Of a stretch of 64,000 nucleotides of DNA, positions 39,901 through 56,341 are shown piece by piece. Origin of the DNA: the human T2T-CHM13v2.0 reference genome, Homo sapiens; NCBI RefSeq assembly GCF_009914755.1, contig NC_060942.1; one strand, given 5' to 3'. The position numbers and the translations under genes were made by a program. The notes under the pieces are model-generated. The model had not been told where the DNA came from, searched no databases, and saw nothing but the letters and a program-made list of their open reading frames with translations. Position 1 is the stretch's first letter. Each line of letters starts with the position of its first letter.

Positions 39901-40951
39901 TCTCAGAGATAGTCTGTGTTTTCAGCTTTCTCAGCTATAATTACTGATATTATATTGGACCCCTATTGGTATTATACAAGGAAGTGGGTGAGGGGCCTTT
40001 CTATAATTTTTAAATAAAATCTCATTTTTTTCTCAGCATGTGTTTTCAAGCTGTGACCATCAAAAGTGCTTTCCAGTGGTATAGCTTTTTATTTCCTCCT
40101 GCTACACACTGCCTTCCCTGAAACTCTGACCCCCTACTAATTATTCCCCAATCCTGCCCCTTAGGTTAGACAGAGAAGCTAGAGGGAGATGAAATCAGGC
40201 AGCGACCCCTCCCCCAGGGAGCCTGCGATAAGGCTCTGGCAAGTTCTTTTACTCCAGAGGTAAGCCTTTGTTTTGAGGAAGGCTTCGGCCGTAGTACACA
40301 ATGATTGCTGTTTCCCAGCCCCTGCTAGATCTTTGAGGATATCTTTCTTGGATCTTCATCTTGAGAACTTAGTGAGATTCTTAGAGGAAACAACCAGGAG
40401 AGTAAGGGGAACCACCTCGCTCTGCACCCTCATGAATTTCTCTCTCAAACTAGTCCACATTCAGTCTCCATGAATACATCAAAATTAATATTTAAGTGTT
40501 TTGATCAGTTTAGGATTCCAGTGACTTCTGTTCCAGTTAGCACATACTAGCTGCACCTGGCTGGATATGTCTTTCTCTCCAGATTTCAGAAAAGTGATTT
40601 GCCCTGCAACTTCAATTCTCTGATTAGTCCAAAAATAAGTCATTGATTTTTTTTTTCTCCGTTTTTCTTGATGTAATTAGAAGAGTGGTGATTCCCAAGT
40701 GTTTTACATATCAGATTTAAAATCAAAAGTCACAAAAAAGTTTTAGATTTTGGGGACCTGGGTCAATAAAAGATGCTTCAACATTATAATGAAAATTGTT
40801 TGATGTTTTGAAATATTTATATTCTGGATTAGTAATTGGGTCAAAATGGAGTTAGAATGAGTCTTTTTATTCATCTATATATTTAACTGTATACACTGGA
40901 AGCAATAGAGATGTGACACATTGATCTTACAATTTCAAATTAATATTTAGG

Positions 40952-41144
40952 CCAATGATTGTCAATTTGTAGTCCCCAGGACTAGCCCTGTCAGCCTCAC
41001 CTAGAAAATTTTTACAAGTGCAAATTCTTAGGCCCCACCCCAGACCTACTGAATTAAGAACTCAGAAGTTTGGCACCAAGGAGTCTTCATTTTTAACCAA
41101 CCCTCCAAGAGGTTCTGATGCCCTCTTGAGTTTAAAAACCACTG
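40952..41144. mobile_element. MER5A (hAT-Charlie)
   Basis: GCAAATTCTTAGGCCCCACCCCAGACCTACTGAAT...GTTTAAAAACCACTG. Confidence 0.8.
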
Positions 41145-41744
41145 ATCAGCAGTAATGTTTAACCGTAATTATCTAGTCCAGTTATAATTTGACAATTAAA
41201 TTGTCTGTTAGCTTTGTACCTGTTGTAAAAAAAAAAGACATTACTCAATTAGTCATTTTTAATGATTTTATTACCCTAGAGATTCTCTCCAAGAGTCACA
41301 AAATGAGCTCCTAAAATCATACAAAAATTTGAATGGGTGAATATAGAATGAAAGATTTACAAGTTTTGAGTCTTATTGGATTGGAAGGAAAAGCTTCATT
41401 TCAATTGATAAAATGTTTTTAAATTGAGATACTTTATATTAAATATTAATTTTTAACCTCTTTATTTTGAAATGATTTTATATTTGTAATAATAGCACAA
41501 AGAATTCCAACATAGCCATGACTTAGCTTAGACCCCAAATTAATATTTACAATAGCCATAGGGTAATTATCATAACTGGAAAGTTGAAAATGCTATTAAA
41601 CTATAGATATTTAAATTTCACCAATTATCCCATAAATGTCCTTTTTCTAACCCAAGATGTAAACCAGGATTGCACACTGTATTTAGTTGTCATGTCTTCT
41701 TCTTTTTTTTTAAACTTGCTTAAGGTTTTCTCCTTTTTTTAAAA

Positions 41745-42460
41745 AAAAATTATACTTTAAATTCTGGGGTACATGTGCAGAACATGCAGGTTTGTTACAT
41801 AGGTATACACGTGCCATGGTGGTTTTCTGCACCCATCAACCCATCACCTACATTAGGTATTTCTCCTCTTGCTGTCCCTCCCCTAGCCCCCCACCCCACA
41901 ACAGGCCCCGGTGTGTTATGTTCCCCGCCCTGTGTCCATGTGTTCTCATTGTTCAGCTCCCACTTACAAGAGATAACGTGGTGTTTGGTTTTCTGTTCCT
42001 GTGTTAGTTTGATGAAAATGATGGTTTCCAGCTTCATCTATGTCCCTGCAAAGGACATGAATTCATCCTTTTTTATGGCTGCATAGTATTCTGTGGTGTG
42101 CCATTCCATATATGTGCCACATTTTCTTTATCCAGCCTATCATTGATGGGCATTTTGGTTGGTTCCAAGTCTTTGCTATTGTGAATAGTGCCATAATAAA
42201 CATACATGTGCATGTGTCTTTATAGTAGAATGACTTATAATCCTTTGGATATATATCCTGTAATGGGATTGCCGGGTCAAATGGTATTTCTAGTTCTAGA
42301 TCCTTGAGGAATTGCCACCCTGTCTTCCACAATGGTTGAACTAATTTACAGTCCCACCAACAGTGTAAAAGTGTTCCTGTTTTTTCACATCTTCTCCAGC
42401 ATCTGTTGTTTCCTGATTTTTTAATGATCGCCATTCTAAGTGGCGTGAGATGGTATCTTA
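41745..42460 (-). mobile_element. 5'-truncated L1PA (PA7/8 grade) 3' end
   Basis: 3' UTR TACATGTGCAGAACATGCAGGTTTGTTACATAGG; ORF2 C-terminus [14 protein letters not shown]...[14 protein letters not shown] (42063-42434). Confidence 0.92.
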
Positions 42461-43470
42461 GTCTCCTGTCATTTTGGATAGTTCTTTGTCTCTTTGATTT
42501 TCATGGTCTTGACTTTTTTGAAGAATGCCAGCCAGCCAGTTACTTTGTAATATGTCCTTCAACTTAGGTTTGTCTAATGTTTTCTTATGGTTAAATTCAA
42601 CTTATGCATTTTGGGGAAGAATAACATTGAAATGATACATGCCCTTCTGAGGATCATATCAATGTGCTATTATGGGTGCTGTTAGCTTTGATTACTTGGT
42701 TCAGATAATGTCTGCCAGATTTCTCCATTGTAAGGTTACTATTTTCCCCTTTATAAATAATAAGTATCTCATGGGAGAAATGCTTTGAAATTACAGAGAT
42801 TCTCTTTCTCATGATACTTTTCCCATTAATTTAAAAAAATTCATTGACAATTCTTGTCTACAACAAGTATCACTGTAATGGTGATTACAACAAATGGTGA
42901 TTTAAAAATATATGTATCATTTCTTCTGCACTTGTTAAATGGAATTCTACAGTAATTAAGAGATATTCTTTCTTCCCCTTTAAGATTTCATTCAATTATA
43001 ATAACTATACTAGTATAAACTCGCAGAAAATTATTTTATTCTACTGGCTATACTCCATCACTGTCACTTATTTTATTGCTCAAATTGAACCAGATACAGC
43101 CACTGGGTACCTCAAATTGGCTACAGTGTCCTTTCAAAATACTTTCATCATTTTCTGAGCATGTCTTTACTTTCTGGCCCAAAAAAGTATTCAAGGCTCA
43201 TTTTTTACTTTCTTTGTCCCAATTTTGGAAACAGCCATTTCTTCAAAACACAGGTTTGTTTTACTAAAGAATGATATTTAGAACCCAAGATCTGGGCAGT
43301 AAAAGTAATTGTGCTTATGCTACTAAATTGTCCTTTCTTCCAGACACTGTCAATGGAGAAAGCTCATAAATATATGTATACAAACTTACCTGCATCCATG
43401 TTTATTTTAAATTTTAACCCTTTCCTTATTGGTAACTACTTTCCATAAAAATATCTGGCTCTCATTTTCC

Positions 43471-43472
<2 letters not shown>

Positions 43473-43520
<48 letters not shown>

Positions 43521-43532
43521 ATATATATATAT
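43473..43532. repeat. (TG)n(TA)n microsatellite
   Basis: About 21 TG units followed by TA units. Confidence 0.95.
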
Positions 43533-45209
43533 TTGTTCATTGCTAAAATAGACAGTTTCAGAATTGCTAACCCATACCTCTTTGAAAAATAAATTACAGT
43601 CTAAAGTACTGTAAAGTCCTTATTGTTTTTCATTTGGACAGTTGTATATTTCCAGAATTTTGGATCTTTAATTTTGCTATTTAACTCATAGTTGAACATA
43701 GTCAACCCAAAGAGCTTCCATCCAGGTATAAAATTTTCCACTATTGCCACCTAATTTGTTGCAATTATGTAAAATTGTGTGTCTTACATTTCTCATAATC
43801 AAGCTTTCTTTATTTTTCTGGGTTTTTTCCCTCTCATTTTTATTTTAGAAGAGAACAAAGTGTAATAACATGTAAGCTCCACAAGGGCAAGAGTTTTGTT
43901 TATTTGTGTTTAATCTTGTTTTCTTTTTTGTTGAAGCCCTTGTGCCTGAAATAGAACTGAGCCTACACGTGCAATTCAATAAAAATCAGTTCACTAGATT
44001 ATTGAAATAATTAGACAAACACTTGTATAACAATGACAATTCTGGCAAAATTAAGTTGTTGGTGGATATGCAATCACCACTGGTTGACAGCACTATAAAA
44101 CATTCATACATTAGCTAATGTACAACTGTCTAAATTTGTCCTAAGTAAGGAAAGTTAATCATGTCGCTATGTAGTGCACAGAGCTTGACTTAGGGAAATC
44201 TCGGTATATCTATATAAGAAAACCATTAAATAGAATGTACAAGCCTAGTAAGTGCTCATCTATGATAACAAGATTAACATTTTGGGAATTGCAGTTCTGT
44301 TTAAAATAAAAAGTTGGGTTGGACCTCAGAGAACTTTGTCTTTAGAAAAAAGTGAATAGGATTGGAGTAATAGTGAAAGCAGAGAATGAAGTAGAGGCTG
44401 CTTCTACTTTCCCTGAGTGAAAGCCTCAGGGACAGTAGTAAGGTAAACATTAACCAAGAATAACTTGAGTGCTTTAGTGTTGAATGAAATCCTAAGTCAT
44501 TGCCAAGTTAAGTAGTAAAGCAACATGTAGGAAATGTTGGTAATATTTTGTCTCTTTTTAAAGAAATGAGAACATTGAGATGAGTGCATTCTTAATGTCA
44601 AATAGCTATTCTGACTCTGGAATCCAGGCTTTTTCCCATTACTTAAAACATCCTCTTGCTTCTAAACTCTTGGTAATATTAATTATTAGATTGGAAATAG
44701 TGTCTAAAATTGCTCCCATGTTGGACTTTCAAAAACTCTAAGAAAACTACACTAGTAGCTGATTAAGGTTTTGTTTTGCTTTAAACTTATGTGTAAAGAT
44801 TTTTGCTTAAGAATGTTGACTGTTTCAAAAGTATGTGAATTAAAATATGTAAATTTCATTCTTTTTCATAAATAGGAGTTTTTATAATGTGTCACAGTTT
44901 TAATGAGAAATTAAAAAGTGAGGGTGAAACTAAAATATTCACCAAAAATTGTTTCTTCTCTGGGGAAAAGGGAACCTATTTGAATAAAGTATGTTAACCC
45001 AGAATTCTGCTTTCCAGATATTCCTAGAGAGGAGAGATGACTTTACTGCTAATTGGGATGTTTTTCCTTTGAAGGTTTTAAGTGCCTCAGTTGAATTATA
45101 AAGAGAATAAGCATAAAAAAACGTGAAATATATTGTTTAAATTTATTGTGTTCCATTAGTCTCTCCTAGAGTATAATTGATTGTTTTAAGATAGTTAATC
45201 TCTCTCTCT

Positions 45210-45540
<331 letters not shown>

Positions 45541-46734
45541 AAGATAGTTAATCTCTTGCAAACCAAAATATAGTTTTAATAAAATATGTCGAAGAATAAA
45601 AGACCAATTGACAGCATAGATTTGAAGTAGAAAATAACAAGAAATGTATTATTTCGGTCCTTCATTACTAAATCTTAATGTGTTTGTCTTAACTAAGACT
45701 TGGATATCATTTAGGTCATTTACGTATGTCTAAAATGATTAATCGGAATTTAAAAGTAATTGAATTTTGTACTTTTAGCAGAGAAGTTAGTATTTCCACA
45801 TAATGATAGCTATAAACATGCAACAGGGTAATATCTAGAGACAAAAATTATTATTCTTCAGGAAAATTTTTAATGTTAACTTTTATTGATTTTTCTCATT
45901 GTTTCATTAATTGCCAGATTTTTAATGTTATATTCCCCCATTAGTAGAAAAGTAAGAAAAAAAGATGACAAAGATGCTCATGTGAAAAGATCCAAAGTGG
46001 AATAAACATCATTTATTTATAATAAAAAGAGTTAAATTCCTGGATACATAAATACAATAAATATTCAAAATATTATGTAATTTTGCTACTTTTAAACAAT
46101 GCATAAAAGTAACTAACTCCTATATATACTAACAAATGAAATATGATTAATGAAAACAGTTATTGAAAGATTGATAACATTAATATAATCACAAGCACAT
46201 GCTTTGAACATGTATTATAATGTAGTTACAAATTATTCTAATAAACTAGAGTCTAAATTATGAAAACATTAACTTCATACTTTGTGAAAAAGATAAGTTC
46301 ACACTGGGTTTTGGCAATTTATTTTCCAAAAGAAATAGCAAATTGCCAAAAATAATTAGATGAATTATAATCCTCAACCATTTATGAATAATAGTTAAAA
46401 ATAAAATTAATATTGCCTATTATGTACTCTAGGTATATCTTAAAGTACACATACAAAAACAAACACGAAAACAAAAATCCCTTCAAAGGACCAAATAAAA
46501 AGTTTAGATTAAAAAAAGATTCTTAAGCTATAACTTGCTATACCTAGTGCTCAGAATAAACAATTGCTGAAATTTTACTATGTGTGTGCGTGTTTATATG
46601 AAGGTATATATATTACATATACGTGTGTGTGTATATTCTCAATCATTTTGAAGTGAGCTATTGGTATCATGATACTTTATCATTAAGTAGTTCTGCAGGC
46701 ATCTGCTAAGAATAATAACAACTGGACTGGGCCA

Positions 46735-49542
46735 CAGTGCCTGGTTATTTGGTTAAACTTTATTCTTGGTGTCTGTGAGTGTATTTTTGGATAAGATTTA
46801 CATTTGAATCAGTGAAACTTCAGTAAAGCAAATTGCCCTTCATAATATGGATGGGTCTCATTCAATCAGTTAAAGGTCTGAGTAATACAAAGGCTGACCT
46901 CCCCCAAGCAAGAGGAAATACTGCCAGCACACAGTCTTTGACTTGAACTTCAACATTGACTCCTTCTGGTTTACCAGCAGACTGCAGTTGAATTTGACCT
47001 CTGATATTTTTCCTTAGTCTCCTTCCTGCCAGCTTCCTTCATCAGATTTTGGACTGAACAAGCTTCCATAATTGATTTGTTTTGGCTCTGTATCCCCACC
47101 CAAGTCTCATCTTGAATTGTGCTCCCATAATTCCCATGTGTTATGGGAGGGACCCAGTGGGAGATAATTGAATCATGGGGGTGGTTTCCCCCATACTGTT
47201 CTCATGGTAGTGAATAAGTCTTACAAGATCCGATGGGTTTATCAGGGGTGTCTGCTTTTGCATCTTTCTCATTCTCTCTTGCTGCTGCCATGTAAGAAGT
47301 GCCTTTCATCCTCTGCCATGATTGTGAGACCTTCCCAGCCACGTAGGACTGAGTCGAATTAAACCTCTTTCTTTTGAAAATTCCCCAGTCTTGAGTATGT
47401 CTTTATCAGCAGCATGAAAACAGACTAATACAGTAAATTGGTACTAGTAGAGTGGGGTGTTGCTGAAAAGATACCCAAAAATGTGGAATTGACTTTGGAA
47501 CTGGGTAACAGGCAGAGGTTGAAACAGTTTGGAGGGCTCAGAAGAAGACAGGAAAATGTGGGAAAGTTTGAAACCTCCTAGTGATTTGTTGAATGGCTTT
47601 GACAAAAATGCTGATAGTGGTATGAACAATAAGGTCCAGGCTAAGGTGGTCTCAGACGGAGATGAGGAACTTTTTGGGAACAGGAGCAAAGGTGACTCTT
47701 GTTATGTTTTAGCAAAGAGACTGACAGTATTTTGCCCCTGCCCTAGAGATTTGTGCAACTTTGAACTAGAGAGAGATGATTTAGGATATCTGGTGGAATA
47801 AATTTCTAAGCAGAAAAACATGCAAGAGGTGACTTGGGTACTGTTAAAAGCATTCCATTTTAAAAGGGAAACAGAGCATAAAAGTTCAGAAAATTTGCAG
47901 CCTGATGATGCAGAAGAAAAATAAAAGCATTTTTTGAGAAGAAATTCAAGCTGGCTGCAGAAATTTGCATAAGTAGCAAGGAGTCTAATGTTAATCCCCA
48001 AGATCCTGGGAAAAATGTCTCCAGGCCATGTCAGAGACCTTCATGACAGCCTCTCTCATCACAGGCCTGGAGGCCCAGGAGGAAAAAATGGTTTCATGGG
48101 CTGGGACCAGGGTCCTCATGCTGTGTGCAGCCTAGGGACTTGGTGCCCAGTATCCCAGCTGCTCCAGCCGTGGCTGAAAGAAGCCAATACACAGCTCGGG
48201 CCATGGCTTCAGAGAGTGGAAGCCCCAAGCCTTGGCAGCTTCCATGTGGTGTTGAGCCTGTGGGTGCACAGAAATCAAGAATTTAGGTTTGGGAACCTCC
48301 ACCTAGATTTCAGAAGATGTACGGAAACGCCTTGATGCCCAGGCAGAAGTTTAATGCAGGGGCGGGGTGCTCATGAAGAACCTCTGCTAGGGCAGTGCAG
48401 AAGGGAAATGTGGGGTTGGAGCCCCCACACACAGAGCATCACCTACTGTGGCATCACCTAGCGGAGCTGTGAGAAGAGGGCCACCATCCTCCAGACCCCA
48501 GAATGGTAGATCCACTGACAGCTTGCACTGTTCACCTGGAAAAGCCACAGACACCCAATGCCAGCCCATAAAAGCAGCTGAGAGAGAGGCTGTACCCTGC
48601 AAAGCCACAGGGGCAGAGCTGCCCAAGACCATGGAAACCCACTTTTTGCATCAGCATGACCTAGATGTGAGACCTGGAGTCAAAGGAGAATATTTTTGAG
48701 CTTTAAAATTTGACTACCCAGCTAGCTGGATTTTGGATTTGCATGGGCCCTGTAACCCCTTTGTTTTGGACAATTTCTCCCATTTGGAACAGCTGTATTT
48801 ACCTAATACCTGTACCAACATTGTATCTAGGAAGTAACTAGCTTGTTTTTGATTTTATAGGCTCATAAGTGGAAGGGACTTGCCTTGTCTCAGATGAGAC
48901 TTTGGACTGTGGACTTTTGAGTTAATGCTGAAATGAGTTAAGACTTTGGGGGACTGTTGGGAAGGCATGATTGATTTTGAACTGTTGAGGACATGAGATT
49001 TGGAGGGGCCAGTGGCAGAATGATATGGTTTGGCTGTGCCCCCACCCAAATCTCATCTTTAATTGTACTCTCATAATTCCCATGTGTTGTGGGAGGGGCC
49101 CAGTGGGAAATAATTTGAATCATGGGGGCAGTTTCCCCCATACTGTTCTTGTGGTAGTGAATAAGTCTCACGAGATCTGGTGGGTTTATCAGGGGTTTTC
49201 ACTTTTGCATCTTCCTTATTCTGTCTTGCTGCCACCATGTAAGAAGTGCCTTTTACCTTCCGCGATGATTGTGAGATCTTCCCCAGCCACATGAGTCAAA
49301 TTAAACCTCTTCCTTTTGTAAATTGCTGAGTCTCTGGTATGTCTTTATCAGCAGTATGAAACGGACTAATATAATAATCATAAAAGCCAAGTCCCAACAA
49401 TAAATCTCTGTGTGTGTACATGTATATGTATACATATATATACATCTATTTATAGATACACATAGAGATATATCTGTATAGATATGTATCTATCTATCTA
49501 CACATCCTCTTCATTATGTTTCTCTGGAAAACTCTGACTAAT
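46735..49542 (+). mobile_element. MLT2 (ERVL) LTR split by THE1A (pieces ~46735-47072 and 49374-49542)
   Basis: ACATTTGAATCAGT...GTAAAGCAAATTGCCCTTCATAAT...GGGTCTCATTCAATCAGTT at left; AATAAATCTCT...TTCTCTGGAAAACTCTGACTAAT at right. Confidence 0.8.
47073..49373 (+). mobile_element. Full-length THE1A MaLR (LTR 47073-47432, internal, LTR 49021-49373)
   Basis: Two homologous ~355-bp LTRs, a ~1.6 kb THE1 internal region and a perfect 5-bp TSD ATAAT. Confidence 0.95.
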
Positions 49543-49574
49543 GCAAACATCATCATATATTTAAAATTACCATA

Positions 49575-52304
49575 TAGATTAAGCATCCCTAATCTAAAAT
49601 CTGAAATCTGAAGTGCTCCAAAATCCAAAACTCCTTGAATACTGACATGACACCAAAAGTGGAAAATTTTACACCTGACTTTATGTGATGAGTCACAAAA
49701 TATAGATGCACAACACAGTTTGTTTAGTGCCTCCAAGGGATAAAAGACCGTCTCAGCTTCCTTTAGCTGTGAGATTCCCCCAGGGAACACATGCACAAAC
49801 GGTAACAAAACAGCATGTTTGCAGGCTGGTCATACCAACAGCAGGTTCCCCAATGCCCCACATAGGACCAAGACCTAATGTATTACTCACTGTTTTGTGT
49901 GTGTTGTGTTGTTTTTTGTTTTGTGTTGTGTTGTGTTTTGTGTTGTTTTGTTTTGTTGTTTATTCTCTATTCTGTAGTATAAGAGTATTGTTGAGATGTT
50001 AAAAAGGCCTGCAGATACTACTGTGATAACAAAAAGAGGCGGCATTTATGTTTATCTATAGCACAGAAAGTCAAGCTGTTGGAGAATCTGGACAGTGGCA
50101 TAAGTGTGAAACATCTCAGAAGAGTATGGTGTTGGAATGACCACCATGTGTGACCTGAAGAAACAGAAGAATAAACTGCTAAAGTTCTATGCTGAAATTG
50201 ATGAAGAGAAGTTAATGAAAAAACAATTTTTTAAACCACATAAACCTAAAAATGAAGATCTCAATTGTGTATTCAAAGAGTGGATCCATCAGCATCACAG
50301 TTAATACATGTACCTTAATCGTATGCTAGACATGAAGCAACAAAAATCTATCACCATGAACTGAAGACTGAAGGGAATTGTAAATATCCAACAGGCTGCA
50401 TGAAGAAATTTTAAAAAAGACATAACATTAATTTTTTCAAAGATTTTTGGTGACAGAGCATCTGCTGATCATGAAACTGTGGAGAAATTCATTGATGAGT
50501 TAGCTAAGGTCATTGCTGATGAAAATAAAACACCAGAACAAATCGATAATTCTGATGAAATATGACTATTTTGGCATTGTTGCCCTAGAAAGACATTGAG
50601 TAGAGCTGATGAGACAGCTCCTACAAGAATGAAGGATGTCGAGGACAGAATAACCATGCTGGGATGTGCTAATATGGCAGACACACTTAAGTGAAAATTT
50701 GCTGTGATAGACATAACCTTGCATCCTCACTGCTTTCAAGAAATGAATTTCTTGCCAGTCCATTATTATGCTAAGAAAAATGTATGGATCACTAGGGAAA
50801 TCTTTTATGATGGGTTTCACAAACGTTGTGTACCAGTGGCTCATGCTAACTGCAGGGAATCTGGACTGGATGATTACTGCAAGATATTGTTACTCCTTGA
50901 AAACTGTTCTGTTCATCCTTCAGCTGAAATTCTCATCACAAATGATGGTTATGTTGTGCTCTTCCACAAAATGTAACTTTATTAATTCAGTGATGTAACC
51001 AGAATATCCTTAGATCAATGAAGAGTAAATGTAAAAACATTTTCATGAACAGCATGCCTAGCAGCAGTGAACAGAGGCATGGGCGTAGGTTTCCAAAAGG
51101 AGTTTAGGATGAAGGATGCTATATATATATTGTTGCCAATGCTTGGAACACAGTGACTAGAGACACAGTTCTGGATGCCTGACACAACCTCTGGCCTGCA
51201 ACTATGTTCAGTTATCATGATGAACAAGGTGGTGACTTTGAAGGATATTGTATGTCATATGAGAAAAAATGATGCCTGAAATCCTTATATTTTCAAAAAT
51301 ATGACTTTAATCAGTGAGCTAGAAAAAGTAGATATTGAAGTTTTTAACATCAGTAATGAGGCTTCAGTTGTTCATTCCTTGACTGATGGTGAGATAGCCA
51401 AAATAATTCTGAACCAAGGTGATTTTGATCAATAGTGACAATGAAGCTGGCATTGTTAACACTGTAGAAAAAAGTGCCTATAGATGACATGGTGAAAATA
51501 TATAATGGGCTTATTGAAGGACTAGAACAGCATGCATTCATAACAAGAAATTGTGTCAGCTTATACAATCAACAAATCAAAGAGAGACTTCTAAGGCGAC
51601 AACTGTTGTTAATGAGGCACATGACTCTAGGAAACATTTTTTAACAGCCATCCAGAAGAATGCCTTTTCATCAGTAGAGAACCCACTTCTCAGTCTCTCA
51701 ACTGCTTCTGATGTTTCTTCTCACCTGAGAAAATAAAATAGAGTGTATAGTAACCTTTTAGCCAAAACACAGCATTGTAAGTGGAGACAGAAAGCCTGGC
51801 ATTGTTCATTGTTGTTGTTGTTTAGCAGCTGAAACAGGTATTTTAGTAATGCCATTGGGCTGCTTAGTTACCCTGGACACATTATTTTTTCACTGTATTA
51901 ATTGTATGTCATACATTTAATTGTTAAGTACTTATGTGAGAATAAGTGTGAGAAAATTATTGCTTATAGCATACAAATCGAGTCAGGAGAGGCAGTGTTG
52001 CCAACCAACCACAGATTGTCAACATGCGTGGCTGAGATAGTGACACCTTTGCTTCCTGATGGTTCTATGTACAAAAGCTTTATTTAATGCACAATATTAT
52101 ATAAAATATTGTATAAAATTACCTTCAGGGTATGTGTATAATAAAAGGTGTAATGAAAGATAAATGAAACTTGTGTTTAGACTTGGGTCCTACCCCTAAG
52201 TTGTCTCATTATGTATATGCAAATATTCTAAAATCTGGAAAAAAAATTCTCAACTCTGAAACACGTCTGATCCGAAGCATTTTGGATAAGAAATACTCAA
52301 TCTG
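49575..52304 (+). mobile_element. Full-length Tigger4 (Zombi; pogo/TcMar) DNA transposon with a decayed transposase
   Basis: TIRs TAGATTAAGCATCCCTAATC / GATAAGAAATACTCAATCTG, each flanked by TA; internal peptides such as KKRRHLCLSIAQKVKLLENLDSG and DRITMLGCAN, broken by stops and frameshifts. Confidence 0.9.
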
Positions 52305-52305
52305 T

Positions 52306-53355
52306 AATTCTACAATATTATTTAAGAGCCAGTCCATTCTCAAATTTTCTCAATTTTCTCCAAAATATACTTTTAGCCTTTTTTTTAGAACTTTGACTCA
52401 ATCAAAATTCACACTGCCCACTTCTCTTTTTCTTGTGCATTTGACATTTTGAAGAGACTCAGGCAGTGTAATTGTACAAGGTTCCACAGTCTAGATGTGT
52501 TCTTTCCCTCATGGTGTCATTTTTCTAACCCTGTGTATGTCCTACAACACAGGAAGTTAAAGAGAGAGGCTTGATCTTATCCAGGTGTAGCACACTGGGC
52601 AAGAATAAGTTTCACGCCCTGCCCCATTTCATCAGGAAACATGATGTCAAGCAGTCCACTGTTAGAGAGACTGCTTTTCATCCCATGGTCAAGATGGTGA
52701 CTGCCAAATCTTTACAATTTAAAGGTGAATATTTTCCCCCTTTATGCAAGTAGCAAGTGATTTTGTTGTGATGCTTTGCTTTTAGTAAATATCCTGTTTC
52801 TCCAAAACATTTTCTTTAATGACTTTAGCCTCTAAGTCCTTTTCTGAACTATTTTACTCAGTGTTAAAAAATAATCATTTTCTAATTCCCTCATTCCCTC
52901 TCTTCTCTAAACCGGCATTAGTAAACTTCTGGTATTTGTTTGTTTGATTGTTTTTAAAGAGCTTTATCTCATACCATCGTCTGAAATGTACTTCCTGCAA
53001 GCGTGATAACAAACGATTAACTTTTCCGCTAATTACTAATTTTAAAAATAAAGAGTTAGTATAATAATCTCCTCATTGCAGCAGGTATCTTACTGTCTGA
53101 CACCATGGTGGTGTCATAGATTTTTATGTATTTAATGGTTATAGTCAGTTCTGTTCATTATCCTTTTTGATGCTCAAATTATTCCAAAACTGGTTCTCGG
53201 TTTGTGTGCATGTCTCCATTCATACAGAGTTTGCTTGTTTTCTGGCATAACAGGATGTATCAGGTTCACTGTGTACTCTCCATGAGCCAGTCCTACAGCA
53301 GCCATTTCTCAAAAATAGTATTTAGAAACCACAATCTGGACATTAGGTGTGCTCA
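52306..53355 (-). mobile_element. Old L1ME-like 3' fragments
   Basis: TTGACATTTTGAAGAG, TTTTTGATGCTCAAATT and CAGCCATTTCTC motifs resemble the fragments at 42.5-43.3 kb. Confidence 0.5.
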
Positions 53356-53399
53356 TTAGATAAAATATTTTTAAAATAATTTTTAAATTCATGGTTGAG

Positions 53400-56145
<2,746 letters not shown>

Positions 56146-56189
56146 CGTGCTATAAATGTGAAATATGTAAGAAATTTTTGTTTTTTTGT

Positions 56190-56341
56190 TATTCTAACAA
56201 ATATGTTTTACTATACTTAGTTTCCTGTATAATCTTGTGTGTTTATTTTTTGCATATTTAAACATATTATTTTGCGAAAGGGTCCGTAGGTTTCTCTGGA
56301 CTACCATGGGGTCCACAGCACAGAAAAGTAATAAACCCTGT
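56190..56341. mobile_element. hAT-Charlie-type DNA transposon end fragment
   Basis: AAGGGTCCGTAGGTTTC...GGGGTCCACAGCACAGAAAAGTAATAAACCCTG resembles a Charlie terminus. Confidence 0.55.

Larger units (their letters stand above)
41460..43630 (-). mobile_element. Old L1 (L1MC/ME) 3' fragments
   Basis: TTTATTTTGAAATGATTT...ATTTAGTTGTCATGTC and ACTTTTTTGAAGA...TTTCTCCATTGTAAGGTTACTATTTTCCCCTT flank the younger L1PA. Confidence 0.65.

Noticed and set aside
42063-42434. 123-aa ORF with Cys/His/Trp motifs
   Set aside because: C-terminal fragment of L1 ORF2 in a truncated copy, not a host gene.
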